64,000 nt of DNA from Octopus sinensis. Its lineage: Eukaryota. Location: contig NC_043020.1 of the NCBI RefSeq assembly GCF_006345805.1, forward strand, positions 6,696,001 to 6,760,000. The letters run 5' to 3'. Below, in pieces: positions 1 through 12,805 of this stretch. The notes beneath the pieces were generated by a model. It saw only the letters and a program-made list of their open reading frames with translations. It had not been told where the DNA came from and made no database searches. The position numbers were made by a program, and so were the translations under genes. Each line of letters begins with the position of its first letter. The first letter of the stretch is position 1.

Positions 1-652
1 ATATACATCTATATATATACATATATATACATATATACATATATATATATACATATAATATAATACATATATACATATATATATATACATATATACATAT
101 ACATATATATATATACATATATATATAATATATACATATATACATATATATATATACATATATACATATAATATATACATATATACATATATATATATAC
201 TATATATATACATATATACATATATATATATACATATATATACATATATACATATATATATATATACATATATACATATATATATACATATATAATATAC
301 ATAATATATATATATATATACATATACACTATATATATATATACATACACATATATATATATACATACATATAAATACATATATATATACATATATATAT
401 ATACATATATATACATATATATATACATATATATATACATATATATATATACATACACATATATACATACATATACATATATATATATACATACACATAT
501 ATATATACACATACATATACATATATGCATATATATATACATATATATATACATATATACATATACATATATATATACATATGTACATACATTATATATA
601 TACATATATATACATATATATATATATATACATATATATACATATATATATA
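1..652. repeat. Degenerate (TA)n/(TACA)n microsatellite
   Basis: Direct reading; the Y/I/M-rich ORFs here are repeat artefacts. Confidence 0.95.
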
Positions 653-1056
653 TTTCTTGTGTACACCCTCACAAATGCTTGTGTTATTACCCAAGGCCGT
701 ATCGTATATATAACCTGGATATGCAGTTGTAATAAAATATTCTTGCTATGTTCGCTTGGCTCACCCGACCCGACCCGACCCGACCAACCGATTCTTCTTT
801 TCGTCTCTCCCTGCGACTGCACCATTTCTTTCATTCTCTGGTGTTTTCATTTAAGCTTTCAAAGGTCGATCATTCATTGTCAAGATTAAAATAAATAAAT
901 GAAAGAAGAAGGCGATAGGCAGGCTGGTTTTGCATGTTTGATAGATGTCGGTCAAAGAGAGGGGTCGGTTCGGTTCGGCTCGGCTCCAACGATTATACCA
1001 TAGCAATGAACAACTTACATAGCTTTACATATTATACACATGTACAGATGAATACT

Positions 1057-1099
<43 letters not shown>

Positions 1100-1256
1100 G
1101 TTTGTACGTAGTGTGTGTTTTCTTGAAGGCAGCAAATAACTATACTAACACGTGTATATGTGTGTAGAAAGTAGAAAGAATAGCCATAACTCTTTGACTG
1201 CTATTTCTAAATTCGGTGTGTGGTGAGGCAAATCGTGCTAAACCCTAATTACTTAG

Positions 1257-1303
<47 letters not shown>

Positions 1304-1588
1304 ATATATATGTTATATGTAAAAACGTGTTAGTGGTTGAAGTAACCGACTAAGGGATAAAAAATGCGTATGTACTATCGGTATCCGTTGCTTGTATTAT
1401 CCTCGGGCAATGAATGGTGTGCAAAAAAGACCAATGTGTTGGTTAATCTGTAGTTGTCTCCATTTTCTAATTATTTGCATTATATCTATCTATCTATCCA
1501 TCTACCTCTCCTATCTATCTATCTATCTATCCATCCATCCATCCATCCATCCATCTACCTATCTATCTTATATAATGTATCATATCTA

Positions 1589-1630
<42 letters not shown>

Positions 1631-2542
1631 ATATATATATGTGTATATATATATATATATGTATATATATATGATATATATATATATGTATATTATATAT
1701 GTATATGTATGTATGGAGCACTATAAAAGAGTGGATATGAAACCGACAAAAAATCAAGCAATTTGGTTGTAGAAAATTGTAGCTTGTATGGTATACAATG
1801 TTATATAAATACACACAAACAGGTATATATATGAGGATAAATAAACCGATGTGTGAGTATATATATCTATCTATACACACACACACACACACACAACACA
1901 TATAATATATATATCTTATATATATACACATATATATATGTATGTATATATGCGTTTGTGTATTTATGTAGATCTATGTAAGTTTGTGTATTATATATTA
2001 CGTATATATGGTGTGTTTGTGTGTGTATATATATTATATATATATATATATATATATGTTATATATATATATATATATCTAAGTGTTTATCAAAGAGAAG
2101 GAATAATCTACTAATGAGATCGAACTGTTCTCATAACAAACCTAAACTTAAATTTCCAAATGAAAACCTTTAATGAGAGGAACAAGGGGGGGACACAGTG
2201 TTTCCTTTATGTTAATTTGCTAATTAAGAAGGTTCAGTATTTTTTATTTTCATTATTGCATCCACCCCTTTCTCCCTCATACGTAGTACATAGTGTACGT
2301 GTGTGTGTTTGTGGATAGAGATAGATTAGGGGTGAGAGCCTTCCAAATATCGATATTATTATTATAGCGATTTTTGGTGCGTGTATATAGGCATGTGTTT
2401 ATATGTGTGTGTGTGTGTGTGTGTGTGTATGTATATACATACATATAACACTTTACTATCAATTAATTGGCAGAAGTTAGAGCGAGTTCAGAGTCCAAAT
2501 TTCCTTTTTTCTGTTTGCATCACCAAATCCACACACACACAT

Positions 2543-2573
<31 letters not shown>

Positions 2574-2656
2574 ATAAATATTAGGGAATAAATCCAAATT
2601 TACAGGGAAAAAATCAGATTTAGGATTAAATCCAATTTTACTGAATTATTGGAAGT

Positions 2657-2699
2657 CCACCTGAAGATTGTCGATCAAGACAAGAAACGATTGTAGTGG
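2657..2699 (+). ncRNA. Minimal type I hammerhead ribozyme motif
   Basis: ccac-CTGAAGA-ttgtc(gatcaa)gacaa-GAAA-cgattg-TA-gtgg: intact core, paired helices I and II, near-palindromic helix III. Confidence 0.8.
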
Positions 2700-2859
2700 C
2701 GGTTTTTTTGACTATTTATTAAAATTTTATGTATTGATTAAGTCTTTCCTTGTTTGTTTTGCAAAATAGTGGTTTTGTCTCTAATAATATTTTATATATA
2801 TATATATATATATAATGGTTTCTATCTATACGTATACAGATAGGGTCATAAACAAATAT

Positions 2860-2868
2860 GCATATGTG

Positions 2869-2911
<43 letters not shown>

Positions 2912-3123
2912 TAACATATGCATATATACATACATATATGTACATACCTACATCTATATGTATATATACATGCATATATGGGTACAGGACCCAAAAAAAA
3001 AACGTTTATATATATATATATAGGGTATGTGTGCGTATATATATATATTTGGAGTATAATATACACACATACATATAGAGTATTATGATATATATATATA
3101 TAGATGGATAGATAGCTACATAT

Positions 3124-3163
<40 letters not shown>

Positions 3164-3621
3164 AACATATGCATATATACATACATATATGTACATACCT
3201 ACATCTATATGTATATATACATGCATATATGGGTACAGGACCCAAAAAAAAAACGTTTATATATATATATATATAGGGTATGTGTGCGTATATATATATA
3301 TATGGAGTATAATATACACACATACATATAGAGTATATATGTATATATATATATAGATGGATAGATAGCTACATATATACATACATATATATATATAATA
3401 TATAAACATATGCATATATACATACATATATGTACATACCTACATCTATATGTATATATACATGCATATATGGGTACAGGACCCAAAAAAAAAACGTTTA
3501 TATATATATATATATATATAGGGTATGTGTGCGTATATATATATATATGGAGTATAATATACACACATACATATAGAGTATATATGTATATATATATATA
3601 GATGGATAGATAGCTACATAT

Positions 3622-3673
<52 letters not shown>

Positions 3674-3902
3674 AACATATGCATATATACATACATATAT
3701 GTACATACCTACATCTATATGTATATATACATGCATATATGGGTACAGGACCCAAAAAAAAAACGTTTATATATATATATATTTATATATATATATATAG
3801 GGTATGTGTGCGTATATATATATATATGGAGTATAATATACACACATACATATAGAGTATATATGTATATATATATATATAGATGGATAGATAGCTACAT
3901 AT

Positions 3903-3933
<31 letters not shown>

Positions 3934-3935
3934 CA
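2860..3935. repeat. ~250-bp tandem repeat (~4.3 units) built from degenerate TA/CA microsatellite
   Basis: Marker gggtacaggacccaaaaaaaaaacgttt recurs at ~2980, 3231, 3472 and 3741. Confidence 0.9.
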
Positions 3936-3960
3936 CACCCTACAGAAGGTTTAGGTTAGA

Positions 3961-6132
3961 CTAAACAGGTGAGAGTTCACCATCGTTAAAGTCTAGGGAT
4001 CTGCATATAAAAATAAGGGGACACGCGATCGGTCAACACACACACATGTATACATATATATACACATATATATACATACATGTGAGAGAGATGAAAAGTG
4101 AGCAATGTCAAGGAATTGTGTTTGTTGAACAAGGTGAGGGTTAAAAGGTAAATGAAAATATAAGCATTATTAGTAATAAGGGGTTTGTAAAGGTGTGATA
4201 TTACAGGATTATGGCAAAATATGATGATTAATAAAAAATGTCAAAACATAAACCTTAATAGAATCCAAGAGAAGTGAAGCAATTCCAGCCACAACAACAA
4301 TAACTGCAGCGAATGATGTGAAGAAGAAGATGGAGAGCGAGTGATAGTATGAAAGGGAGGGGGGGAAATTTGAGAGAGAGAGAGAGGGTAAGAGTTTAGT
4401 AAGGAGTAAGCGGAAGATGGAGTGTGAGGATGTGCGCGCGTGTGTGTGTATGAAATGTAGGTGGTAGGAGGAAGGGTAAGCAATTCTGTAATAGAAGAGT
4501 CGAGAGAGTTAGAGTTTTAAAGGGAGGGGGGAAATTGGAGAGAGAGAGAGAGTAAGAGTTTAGTAAGGAGTAAGCGGAAGGTGGAGTGTGAGGATGTGTG
4601 TGTATGAAATATACTGAGGTAGGAGGAAGGGTTAGCAATTCTAGGGTGATTATGATGGTGGTGTGGTGGTGTTGTTGTAATAGAAGAGTTTTAAAGGGAG
4701 GGGGAAATTGGAGAGAGAGAGAGAGAGTTTAGTAAGGGGTAAGTGGAAGGTGGAGTGTGAGGATGTGTGTGTATGAAATGTAGCGAGGTAGGAGGAAGGG
4801 TAAGAAATTCCGTAATAGAAGAGTCGAGAGAGTTAGAGTTTTAAAGGGAGGGGGAAATTTGAGGGAGAGAGTAAGAGTTTTAAAGGGAGTAAGTGGAAGG
4901 TGGAATGTGAGGATGTGTGTGTATGAAATATACTGAGGTAGGAGGAAGGGTAAGCAATTCTGATGGTGGTGTGGTGGTGCTGGAACAGAAGAGTCGAGAG
5001 AGTAAGAGTTTTAAAGGGGGGGGAAATTGGAGAGAGAGTAAGAGTTTTAAAGGGAGGGGGAAATTGGAGAGAGAGTAAGAGTTTAGTAAGGAGTAAGTGG
5101 GAAGTGGAGTGTGAGGATGTGTGTGTGTATAAAATGTAGCGTGGTAGGAGGAAGGGTAAGCAATTCTAGGGTGAGTATGATGGTGGTGTGGTGGTGTTGT
5201 AAGAGAAGAGTCGAGAGAGTAAGAGTTTTAAAGGGAGGGGGAAATTGGAGAGAGAGTAAGAGTTTAGTAAGGAAAGCGAAAGCTGGAGTATGAGGATGTG
5301 TGTGTGTATAAAATATAGCGAGGTAGGAGGAAGGGTAAGCAATTCTAGTGTGATTATGATGGTGGTGTGGTGGTGGTGTAATAGAAGAGTCGAGAGAGTA
5401 AGAGTTTTAAAGGGAGGGGGAATGTAAGAGAAAGTGAAATGAAGAAATAGTCCGAGAGGAAGTATGAGGGTGTTTGTACATAAAATGTAATGGGGTAGGA
5501 GGAAGGGTCAATGATACTAGAGTGATGGTGGTGATGTAAGCGGAAATATTGTGAGAGAGTGAGTAAAACAGAGGAGGAATATGAGAGAGAGAGAGAGAGT
5601 AAAATAGGGAGTGAGTGTGAGAGGTAAGAGTATATAAAATATACCGAGGTAGGAGGAAGGATTAGCAATGTCTAAAGTAGTGGTGGTGGTGGTATTAGGA
5701 AGAGTCGAAAAAGAGGGAGTAAAAGTATTAAAGAGAGGGAAAGTATGAGCGGGGGAAAGAGTAAGAATGTTCGTGCGAGGGGGTGTGCATATATATACCG
5801 AAGTAGGAGGAAGGGCCTGGCATTGAGAGAAGTGATGATAGAGTGGTGCAGACAAAATTAAAATATGACTGGCAGCGCCACCTTAAGATGCTCTTTGTAT
5901 AGTAAGCGGCGAAAAAGGGTAACTAAGGGAGCGTAACTCTCGAAGGCGGTGGAGATTTCGTTTCTGCAGGAAAATTTTTTTTTTTGTGAATTTTGTTTTA
6001 TTTATTTTTATTAATTTCTGCGACTGGAAACGGAACTAATTTCACAGTGAAACGTGTTTGAGTGTGTCTATATATATTATGCATCAGAATGTTTTGAAAG
6101 CAACGCCTGATCCACTGTATATAAATAAAAGA
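3961..6132 (-). mobile_element. Putative non-autonomous Helitron A containing a purine-rich minisatellite
   Basis: Minus strand starts a|TCTTTTATTTATATAC at 6132; candidate 3' hairpin ggtga-actc-tcacc then TTAG|t at 3961 (non-canonical; CTRR expected). Confidence 0.45.
4340..5820. repeat. Purine-rich minisatellite, unit ~130-190 bp
   Basis: Recurrent gagtaagcggaaggtggagtgtgaggatgtg and gtaggaggaagggtaagcaattct. Confidence 0.9.
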
Positions 6133-6229
6133 TATATATATATATATATGGCGGTGCCCCAGCATGGCCACAGCTCATGAGCTGAAACTAGAATCAATCA
6201 ATCAATCAATCACATATATATATATATAA

Positions 6230-6535
6230 CTAGCAGTATCGCCCGGCGTTGCTCGGGTTTGTAAGGGAAATAACTATATAAGCATTTTTAGAGAGTTATA
6301 GCCAAAAAATAGCAAAAAAATGTATTAAAAATGGAAAAAAAATTATGGTAATTTTTTTTTAAATCGTTGACTCATCGTAGACGTTTTTAGAGAGTTACTT
6401 CCCTTATATAATAGCGAAAAAATGCATTAAAATGGAAAAAAATGATGGTAAATTATTTTTTAAATCGTAGACTCATGGTAGACGCGCGCTAATACCCAGA
6501 AGGGCTCGATATGAATCACGACTATTAGATACTCC
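6230..6535 (-). mobile_element. Non-autonomous Helitron B, 3' part
   Basis: Minus strand ends cccgagcaacgccggg hairpin + gatactg + CTAG|t. Confidence 0.8.
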
Positions 6536-6656
6536 CACATTTTGCGGTGCAGTTTAACCTTTTGAGTGTGTCTATATATTATGCATCAGAATGTTTTGAA
6601 AGCAACGCCTGATCCACTGTATATAAATAAAAGATATATATATACATATATATATA

Positions 6657-6927
6657 CTAGCAGTATCGCCCGGCGGTGCTCGGGTTTGTAAGGGAAATAA
6701 CTATATAAGCATTTTTAGAGAGTTATAGCCAAAAGATAGCAAAAAAATGCATTGAAAATGGAAAAAAATTATGGTAAATTTTTTTTAAATCGTTGACTTA
6801 TCGTAGACATTTTTAGAGAGTTACTTCCCTTATATAATAGCGAAAAAATGCATTAAAATGGGAAGGGAGTAATTAGGAATCTAAATCGTAGGAGACAGAC
6901 ACACAACTTCACTTTTATATATAAAGA
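6657..6927 (-). mobile_element. Non-autonomous Helitron B with both termini
   Basis: Minus strand a|TCtttatatataaaag ... GC hairpin ... CTAG|t; AT target, no TSD. Confidence 0.85.
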
Positions 6928-6985
6928 TAAATCTGTCTCTCCCTCTCTCTCTCCCTATCTATCTATCTATCTATCTATAATATAT

Positions 6986-7137
6986 ATCGTGACGTATATT
7001 TGCCATTTCAATATGGCTAACCCCTAAGGGGTGGATGCTACTGTAGTTTTTAGCCCCAGGAGGACACACTTCTCCAGCTGGCCTTAGCATCCACCCTTAG
7101 GGGTTAGCCATATTGAAATGGCAAAATACGTCACGAT
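6986..7137. repeat. Near-perfect inverted repeat, ~55-bp arms
   Basis: 6986-7040 is the reverse complement of 7085-7137. Confidence 0.9.
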
Positions 7138-7181
7138 GTGTTACCGCTACTGTATATAACTCACTTTGATATTTATCATTG

Positions 7182-7223
<42 letters not shown>

Positions 7224-7261
7224 TATAATCAAAAATAAGCAACAAGAATGACTCCGGTAAT

Positions 7262-7347
7262 TTGGTACGATCGTTTCGTACTACATCATTTTATTAAAAG
7301 TTGTAAGTATTACGGCAGATTTAAGATGCTGAGTGCTCATCAGCCAA
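7262..7347 (-). ncRNA. Type I hammerhead motif with long loop 2
   Basis: Minus: ttgg-CTGATGA-gcac...gtac-GAAA-cgatcg-TA-ccaa; one mismatch in helix II. Confidence 0.7.
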
Positions 7348-7904
7348 TTATATAGGTTTTCCATAAATACAAAAGCTTTCAAATCAAGTAGTAACATTAT
7401 AGAGAAGGTAGATATACAGACAAAGATGTAGATTTAAATTTTAAGAACATATGAGGTTGTGAAGTCCAACCACTGACTGACCAAGCTATGGCTGTATCTA
7501 ACTGCTATAAGAATTAGAAGTAATAAAGATTTTTTAGCTATATATTCAGTGAATATGCACACATATGTGCAAATATATATTTATATATCATCATGATGAT
7601 ATATGTGGTGCACCTGAGCACTGTATACAATAATTTCATTATTATTATTTTTATGATCATTTAACATCCATTTTCCATGCTAGAATAGGTCGGGCAGTTT
7701 TGACCAAAGCTGGAGACCTGGACCAAGTTCCAGTCTGATTTGGCTTGGTTTCCAAGATTCTATACCATTTTTAACGCCAGCCACTTTACCGAGTGTGCAT
7801 GGTACCTGTTATGTGACATCAGCACAGGTGCTTTTGACATGGGGCTGACATGGGTGCCTTTTACAAGGCACCAGCTTGGGTGTTTTTTACATGACACTGG
7901 CATT

Positions 7905-8532
7905 TATGTATGAATGACCATGGGTTTGCACTTAGAAAGTTACCCTCTGAGGCACAAGTCTGGGTAAGATTGTTTTTATGGAAGACCAGCAATTGCGTCA
8001 TCCAACCAAAGTACAAATATATGGGAAACTACCACCTGTGTCATCTCTTGTGAGAGGTAGGAGAGTCCAGTTTGCTGGACATTGTTGTAGAGCTGAAAAC
8101 GAGGCAATTTCTACTCTTCTCCTCTGGAAGCCATCTACTCGCAATACCAGAGGGCGCACACTCTCCTACCCTGATGTAATCTCCAGGGATACAGGCATCC
8201 AGCAACAGGACCTCCGTAATGCTATGATGGACCGTGAAGTCTGGCGTAGCATGGTAAATTCCATTGTCTCGACCACGGTCGAACAATGATGATGATGAGC
8301 AGTTGCCTATGCATACCAGCCTCCCCTCTCCAAGCCACTGATGCTATCCAAGGGAAGGCAAAGGGGCCGATACAGCTTGGCACCAGTGACATTGCAATTC
8401 ATTTCTACAGTTGAGTAAAGTGGAGCAACGTGAAATAAAGTGTCTTGCTCAAGAACACAACGCAGCCTGGTTCAGGAATTGAACTCACTACCTCATGATT
8501 GTGAGTCCAATTCTCGAAACATTGAGCCATGA
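7905..8532 (-). mobile_element. tRNA-derived SINE family C, interrupted by a LINE fragment
   Basis: Reverse complement of the 12340-12805 copy; A/B-box head near 8470-8530. Confidence 0.8.
7997..8298 (+). mobile_element. 5'-truncated RTE-group (RTE-X-like) LINE 3' end with (TGA)n tail
   Basis: RRVQFAGHCCRAENE...DREVWRSMV C-terminus; TSD-like agcaattgc/agcagttgc. Confidence 0.8.
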
Positions 8533-8800
8533 CTATGCACATTGACCTTTACCCCTGCACCCAACCTGTCCCTGTAAAACCTTCCCCAATTCTCTTTTCC
8601 CTAACATCCTACCCTCCATCTCTTTTCTAACTACACAGCTCTATTCAGTTTTTGTAATTCTATGAGAGCAGAACTGAGCATATTTCATTCCCCACCTTTT
8701 TTTTTTTTGCTAACAGCTGTAGCAGTGACTTGAAACTGGACTGCTAGATTCCTGATCATACATCACAACCAAACCACAGTGGTTTCACAAGATCAGCTTA

Positions 8801-9471
8801 TTAACCCTTTTATATATTTTTTTATTTATGCCCCCTTTTCAAGCCTAGCCAGGCTCACGGGCTCGGTTTCCCGATTTCTGTGGCATATGTGTTCCCCTCA
8901 GCTGGACGGGATGCCAGTCCATCACAGCGTTACCCAAGAAACAAGAAGAAAGAGTGAGAGAAAGTTGGGGTGAAAGAGTACAACAGGGGTCGCCACCAGC
9001 TCCTGCTGGCTCCTCATGGAGATTTAGGTGTTTTCGCTCAATAAACACACACAATGCCTGGTCTGGGAATCGAAACCGCGATCCTCCAACCGCGAGTCCA
9101 CTGCCCTAACCACTGGGCCATTAGCATTCAAATTATTTTGTTAGATGTAATGCTTATTTAAACAATTGTTTTGAATTAATCATGTATTATTTTGTAGCTT
9201 CGAGCTTTTTACGATGGAATAATTTAATTTTAGATTAACATTGTAGGATAGGTGTGAGGGGGCCAGATCTGGCCAGTCCAATAGAAGGCAGGTGGGATAT
9301 TTTGGCCAGATCTGGCCAGTTCCAATAGAAAGCAGGTGGGATATTTTGGCCAGATCTGACCAGTTCCAATAGAAAGCAGGTAGTATATTTTGGCCAGAAC
9401 TGGCCAGTTCCAATAGAGAGCAGGTGGGATATCTTGGCCAGATCTGGCCAGTTTAAACACTAAAGGGTTAA
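8801..9471. mobile_element. piggyBac-type MITE with a SINE inserted in its left end and an internal 44-bp tandem repeat
   Basis: TTAA-CCCTTT at 8801 and AAAGGG-TTAA at 9462-9471; units start 9261, 9304, 9348, 9392, 9436. Confidence 0.7.
8815..9122 (-). mobile_element. tRNA-derived SINE family D
   Basis: Minus head tggcccagtggttagggcag...ggtttcgattccc; same head as 10749. Confidence 0.85.
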
Positions 9472-10125
9472 GCAACCAATCAACATCAAATAATTGCATG
9501 ATTCAGTCATCCAGAATCTTCTTCTTGTGCCAAGACTCTTTGCAGAGTGTTGAGAGCAGCTGATTAATTCAGACGTCTCACCTCTTGCTATGCAGAATTT
9601 CCAGATATTTGTACACACAATCTCCAGGTTCTTGGACAGACTAAACATTCACGCAACACATTCGGTTGTGATGTATGACCGGTTACCTTGCAGTTTGGTT
9701 TCGAATCATGGCTATAGCAGTTAGCAAAAAGGAGGGATGAAATATGCCAAATTCTCCCCTTATAAGTAACTTTTTTGGACATGGCACAGTCTCCTCTTCT
9801 CTCAAAAATGAGTAATGCTGCGATGTACTGGCGTCCTGTCCAGCTGGGGAACACATACACCATAGAAACCGGGAAACCAGGCCCAATAGCCTGGCTAGGC
9901 TTTAAAAAGGGTGCATTTATTTATTTATTTATCTTCCTCCTGAAACACTGCATTTGCGATTGTTAGACGAAACTATTGACAAGAAGATAGCAGTTGCAAA
10001 TAGCTTGCATTTATCCTTCTGGTTCCATGCTTTCCTATTACTTTTGACCACACGGTGCATTTGTTGATCTATCCTATTGTTAAAATTGTCCATCATTACG
10101 ACTTTGTCATGATATGGAATTTTAC

Positions 10126-10267
10126 TAGGAAGTGCATCCAGCTGTAGAAACTCTGCCAGATCAGACTGGAGCCTGGTGCAGCCATCTGCTCTGCCAGACC
10201 TCAGTCAAATCGTCCAACCCATGCCAGCATGGAAAGCAGACATTAAACGATGATGATGATGATGATG
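10126..10267 (+). mobile_element. Retroposon 3' tail ending in (TGA)n
   Basis: gtccaacccatgccagcatggaaagcagacattaaacgatgatgatg; related inverted copy at ~7655-7900. Confidence 0.6.
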
Positions 10268-10748
10268 AACTGTCTGCAGTTTGAAGTAAGAGAGATGCTG
10301 ATAAAGTAGGCTCATATACGCTGATAATGTGTTTAGAAGAGGAATTACATTGAGGAATATGGAATGTCATGAGATGCTCATTAGTAGCTTGAGGGATGGA
10401 TGGCAACTTGTAAAGTTTAATTAAGCTGTAGAGTTTAATTAAGCTTAAGTTTAATTAAGCTGTAGAAACTTTAGTGATTGCTTCAACTTATCCTTATATC
10501 TATAGATGGGTCTTCTTTTACTGCAGAATCTCTCTACTTGTAGCCCATACATAAGAATTTTCGGAATACGGTCATCTTTCATTCAAACATGTCCAGCATA
10601 TTTGCACTGAATTTTCAACAGCATGAACGCCATGAATTCTTGGTTCATCTGCTGGCTTTCTGCTCCAAAAAAATGTATATCCACTTTCAATGTCTCCTAA
10701 TTTACTGGTGTCTGCAAGCCTGGTTTCATTTAGAGCAACAACATCAGT

Positions 10749-11142
10749 GGAGGCGCAATGGCCCAATGGTTAGGGCAGCAGACTTGCGGTCGGAGGATCG
10801 CGGTTTCGATTCCCAGACCAGGCGTTGTGTGTGTTTATTGAGCGAAAACACCTAAAGCTCCACGAGGCTCTGGCAGGGGGTTGTGGCGACCCCTGTTGTA
10901 CCCTTTCACTCCAACTTTCTCTCACTCTTTTTCCTGTATCTTGTCCCCGACTTCCTACACAACCGCTGAGCCCGGATGCGCATTCATCCATCCGTCGATG
11001 CTCTCGGTGTCGGGGGGTTGACCTGCTTTCTCTACTGCGGGTCTTACGAATAGCAAAGGACCACATTTCAGACTTCTCCCACTACAGAGGCGTGATCTTG
11101 CGAGCTCTGGGACGAAGACCGCTACACTCAACAACAACAACA

Positions 11143-11217
<75 letters not shown>

Positions 11218-11260
11218 GCAGCAACAGCAGCAACAACAACAACAACAACAGTAGCAGCAA
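10749..11260 (+). mobile_element. SINE family D head with an alternative tail and (CAA/CAG)n end, inserted in the RTE endonuclease
   Basis: A box tggcccaatggtt, B box ggtttcgattcc; TSD-like gcaacaacatcagt / gcagcaacatcaat. Confidence 0.8.
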
Positions 11261-11927
11261 CAGCAGCAACATCAATATTATAGGAGTCGACTATGTTTGC
11301 AACCTGTGCTGTTTTTCATTCTAGACAACCAAAACCAAAGCTTAAGCAAGTTTCTTGTGTTCTTCTTACTTCTCTCTCAACTGCAATAAACTGGATGGCT
11401 AGACATCTGCAGTTAATGCCAAGCTTATTGAAAGCAATACCTTTTTTTAGGGTTCCTTTTCTCACCTTGCCTCCATTATTGGAGAACTAGGGTTAGTCTC
11501 CATGTGCCAACATTATGCAAAGAATATTTTGACTACAATACACCCACCCACCCACCCACACCCACCCACCCACCCACACACACACACGTTAGACCTTGTG
11601 CCTAGAGTAGAAAAGAAAAGAATATACATATATATATTTGTAGCATAATATATGGATTCATGGGATTGTGTGACTTTCACAGCAAGCTCCTCTAGGGGAC
11701 TCGGCTATCAGACCACATAGTAATCCAGTACAGAGGAGTATAATGCAGAGTGTTCATCCAGGAGATCCAATCAATGAAATTATTCCATGAGGAATATATA
11801 AACCATAAAAGGTCAGAATGCAACAGAGGTGAATATATTTATTTAACCAGTTGATATACACAGGATTATGGCAGTTATGCAGCTTTCTATACATAATAAT
11901 AATAATTTCAGTGTTATAACAAATTAT

Positions 11928-12320
11928 CGCAGGAGTGGCTGTGTGGTAAGTAGCTTGCTAACCAACCACATGGTTCCGGGTTCAGTCCCACTGCGTGGCA
12001 TCTTGGGCAAGTGTCTTCTGCTATAGCCTCGGGCCGACCAAAGCCTTGTGAGTGGATTTGGGAAACGGAAACTGAAGAGAAGCCTGTTGTATATATGTAT
12101 ATATATATATGTATATGTGTGTGTATATGTTTGTGTGTCAACCGATGCTGGTGTGTTTACGTCCCTGTAACTTAGCGGTTTGGCAAAAATAGACCAATAG
12201 AATAAGTACTAGACTTACAAAGAATAAGTCCAGGAGTCAGTTTGCTCGACTAAAGGTGGTGCTCCAGCATGGCCACAGTCAAATGATTGAAACAAGTAAG
12301 AGATTAAGAGAGTAAGAGAG
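11928..12320 (+). mobile_element. SINE family B (internal TA/TG microsatellite)
   Basis: gcaggagtggctgtgtggtaag head, gactgaaacaagtaag tail; about ten copies in the window. Confidence 0.9.
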
Positions 12321-12339
12321 TATATGTATACAATGTGTG

Positions 12340-12805
12340 AAGGTGCATGGCTCAGTGGTTAGAGCCTAGGGCTTACAAACGCAAGGTAGTGAGATCGATT
12401 CCCAGACCAGGCTGTGTGTTGTTTTCTTGAGCAAGACACTTTATTTTCATGTTGCTCCAGTTCCCTCAGTATTTAGAGTGTTGGGCTCACAATTACGAGG
12501 TTGTGGCATCATTCATGCCAAGCTGTATCGGCTCCTTTGCTTTTCCCTTGTATAACATCAGTGGCATGGAGAGAGGAGGCGGTTCCCTTGGATAACATCA
12601 GTGGCATGGAGAGAGGAGGCGGTTCCCTTGGATAACATCAGTGGCATGGAGAGAGGAGGCGGTTCCCTTGGATAACATCAGTGGCATAAAGAGAGGAGGC
12701 GGGTATGCATGGGCGACTACTGGTCTTCCATAAAACAGCCTTGGAGGGTAACTTTCTAGGTGCAATCCCATGGTCATTCGTGACTGAAGGGGCTCTTTAC
12801 CCCCT
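12340..12805 (+). mobile_element. SINE family C with internal 40-bp tandem x4
   Basis: tRNA-like head; unit ttcccttggataacatcagtggcatggagagaggaggcgg at 12543, 12583, 12623, 12663. Confidence 0.85.

Larger units (their letters stand above)
9490..11330 (-). mobile_element. Decayed RTE-BovB LINE (APE endonuclease plus weak RT remnant) fragmented by SINEs
   Basis: Colinear minus-strand motifs YNIDVAA / LNETRLAD..GYTFFWS / NEHLMTFHIP..IISVYEPTL / DNFNNRI..VIGKHG. Confidence 0.8.

Noticed and set aside
744-1006. Fold-back with CCGAC/GTCGG pentamer repeats
   Set aside because: Arms are too short and degenerate and no TSD is visible, so the element cannot be defined.
1343-1410. CCGACTA-agggata...tatcc hammerhead-like stem, similar on the minus strand at ~26065-26100
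   Set aside because: A helix II-like stem is present, but too many core positions differ to call.
9261-9455. CRISPR-like array of palindromic repeats
   Set aside because: The spacers are near-identical, so it is a tandem repeat; eukaryotic context and no cas genes. The same applies to 12543-12702 and 42581-42690.
10749-10825. tRNA gene
   Set aside because: The A/B boxes belong to a SINE head that continues into SINE body; no proper acceptor stem. The same holds for the other SINE heads.
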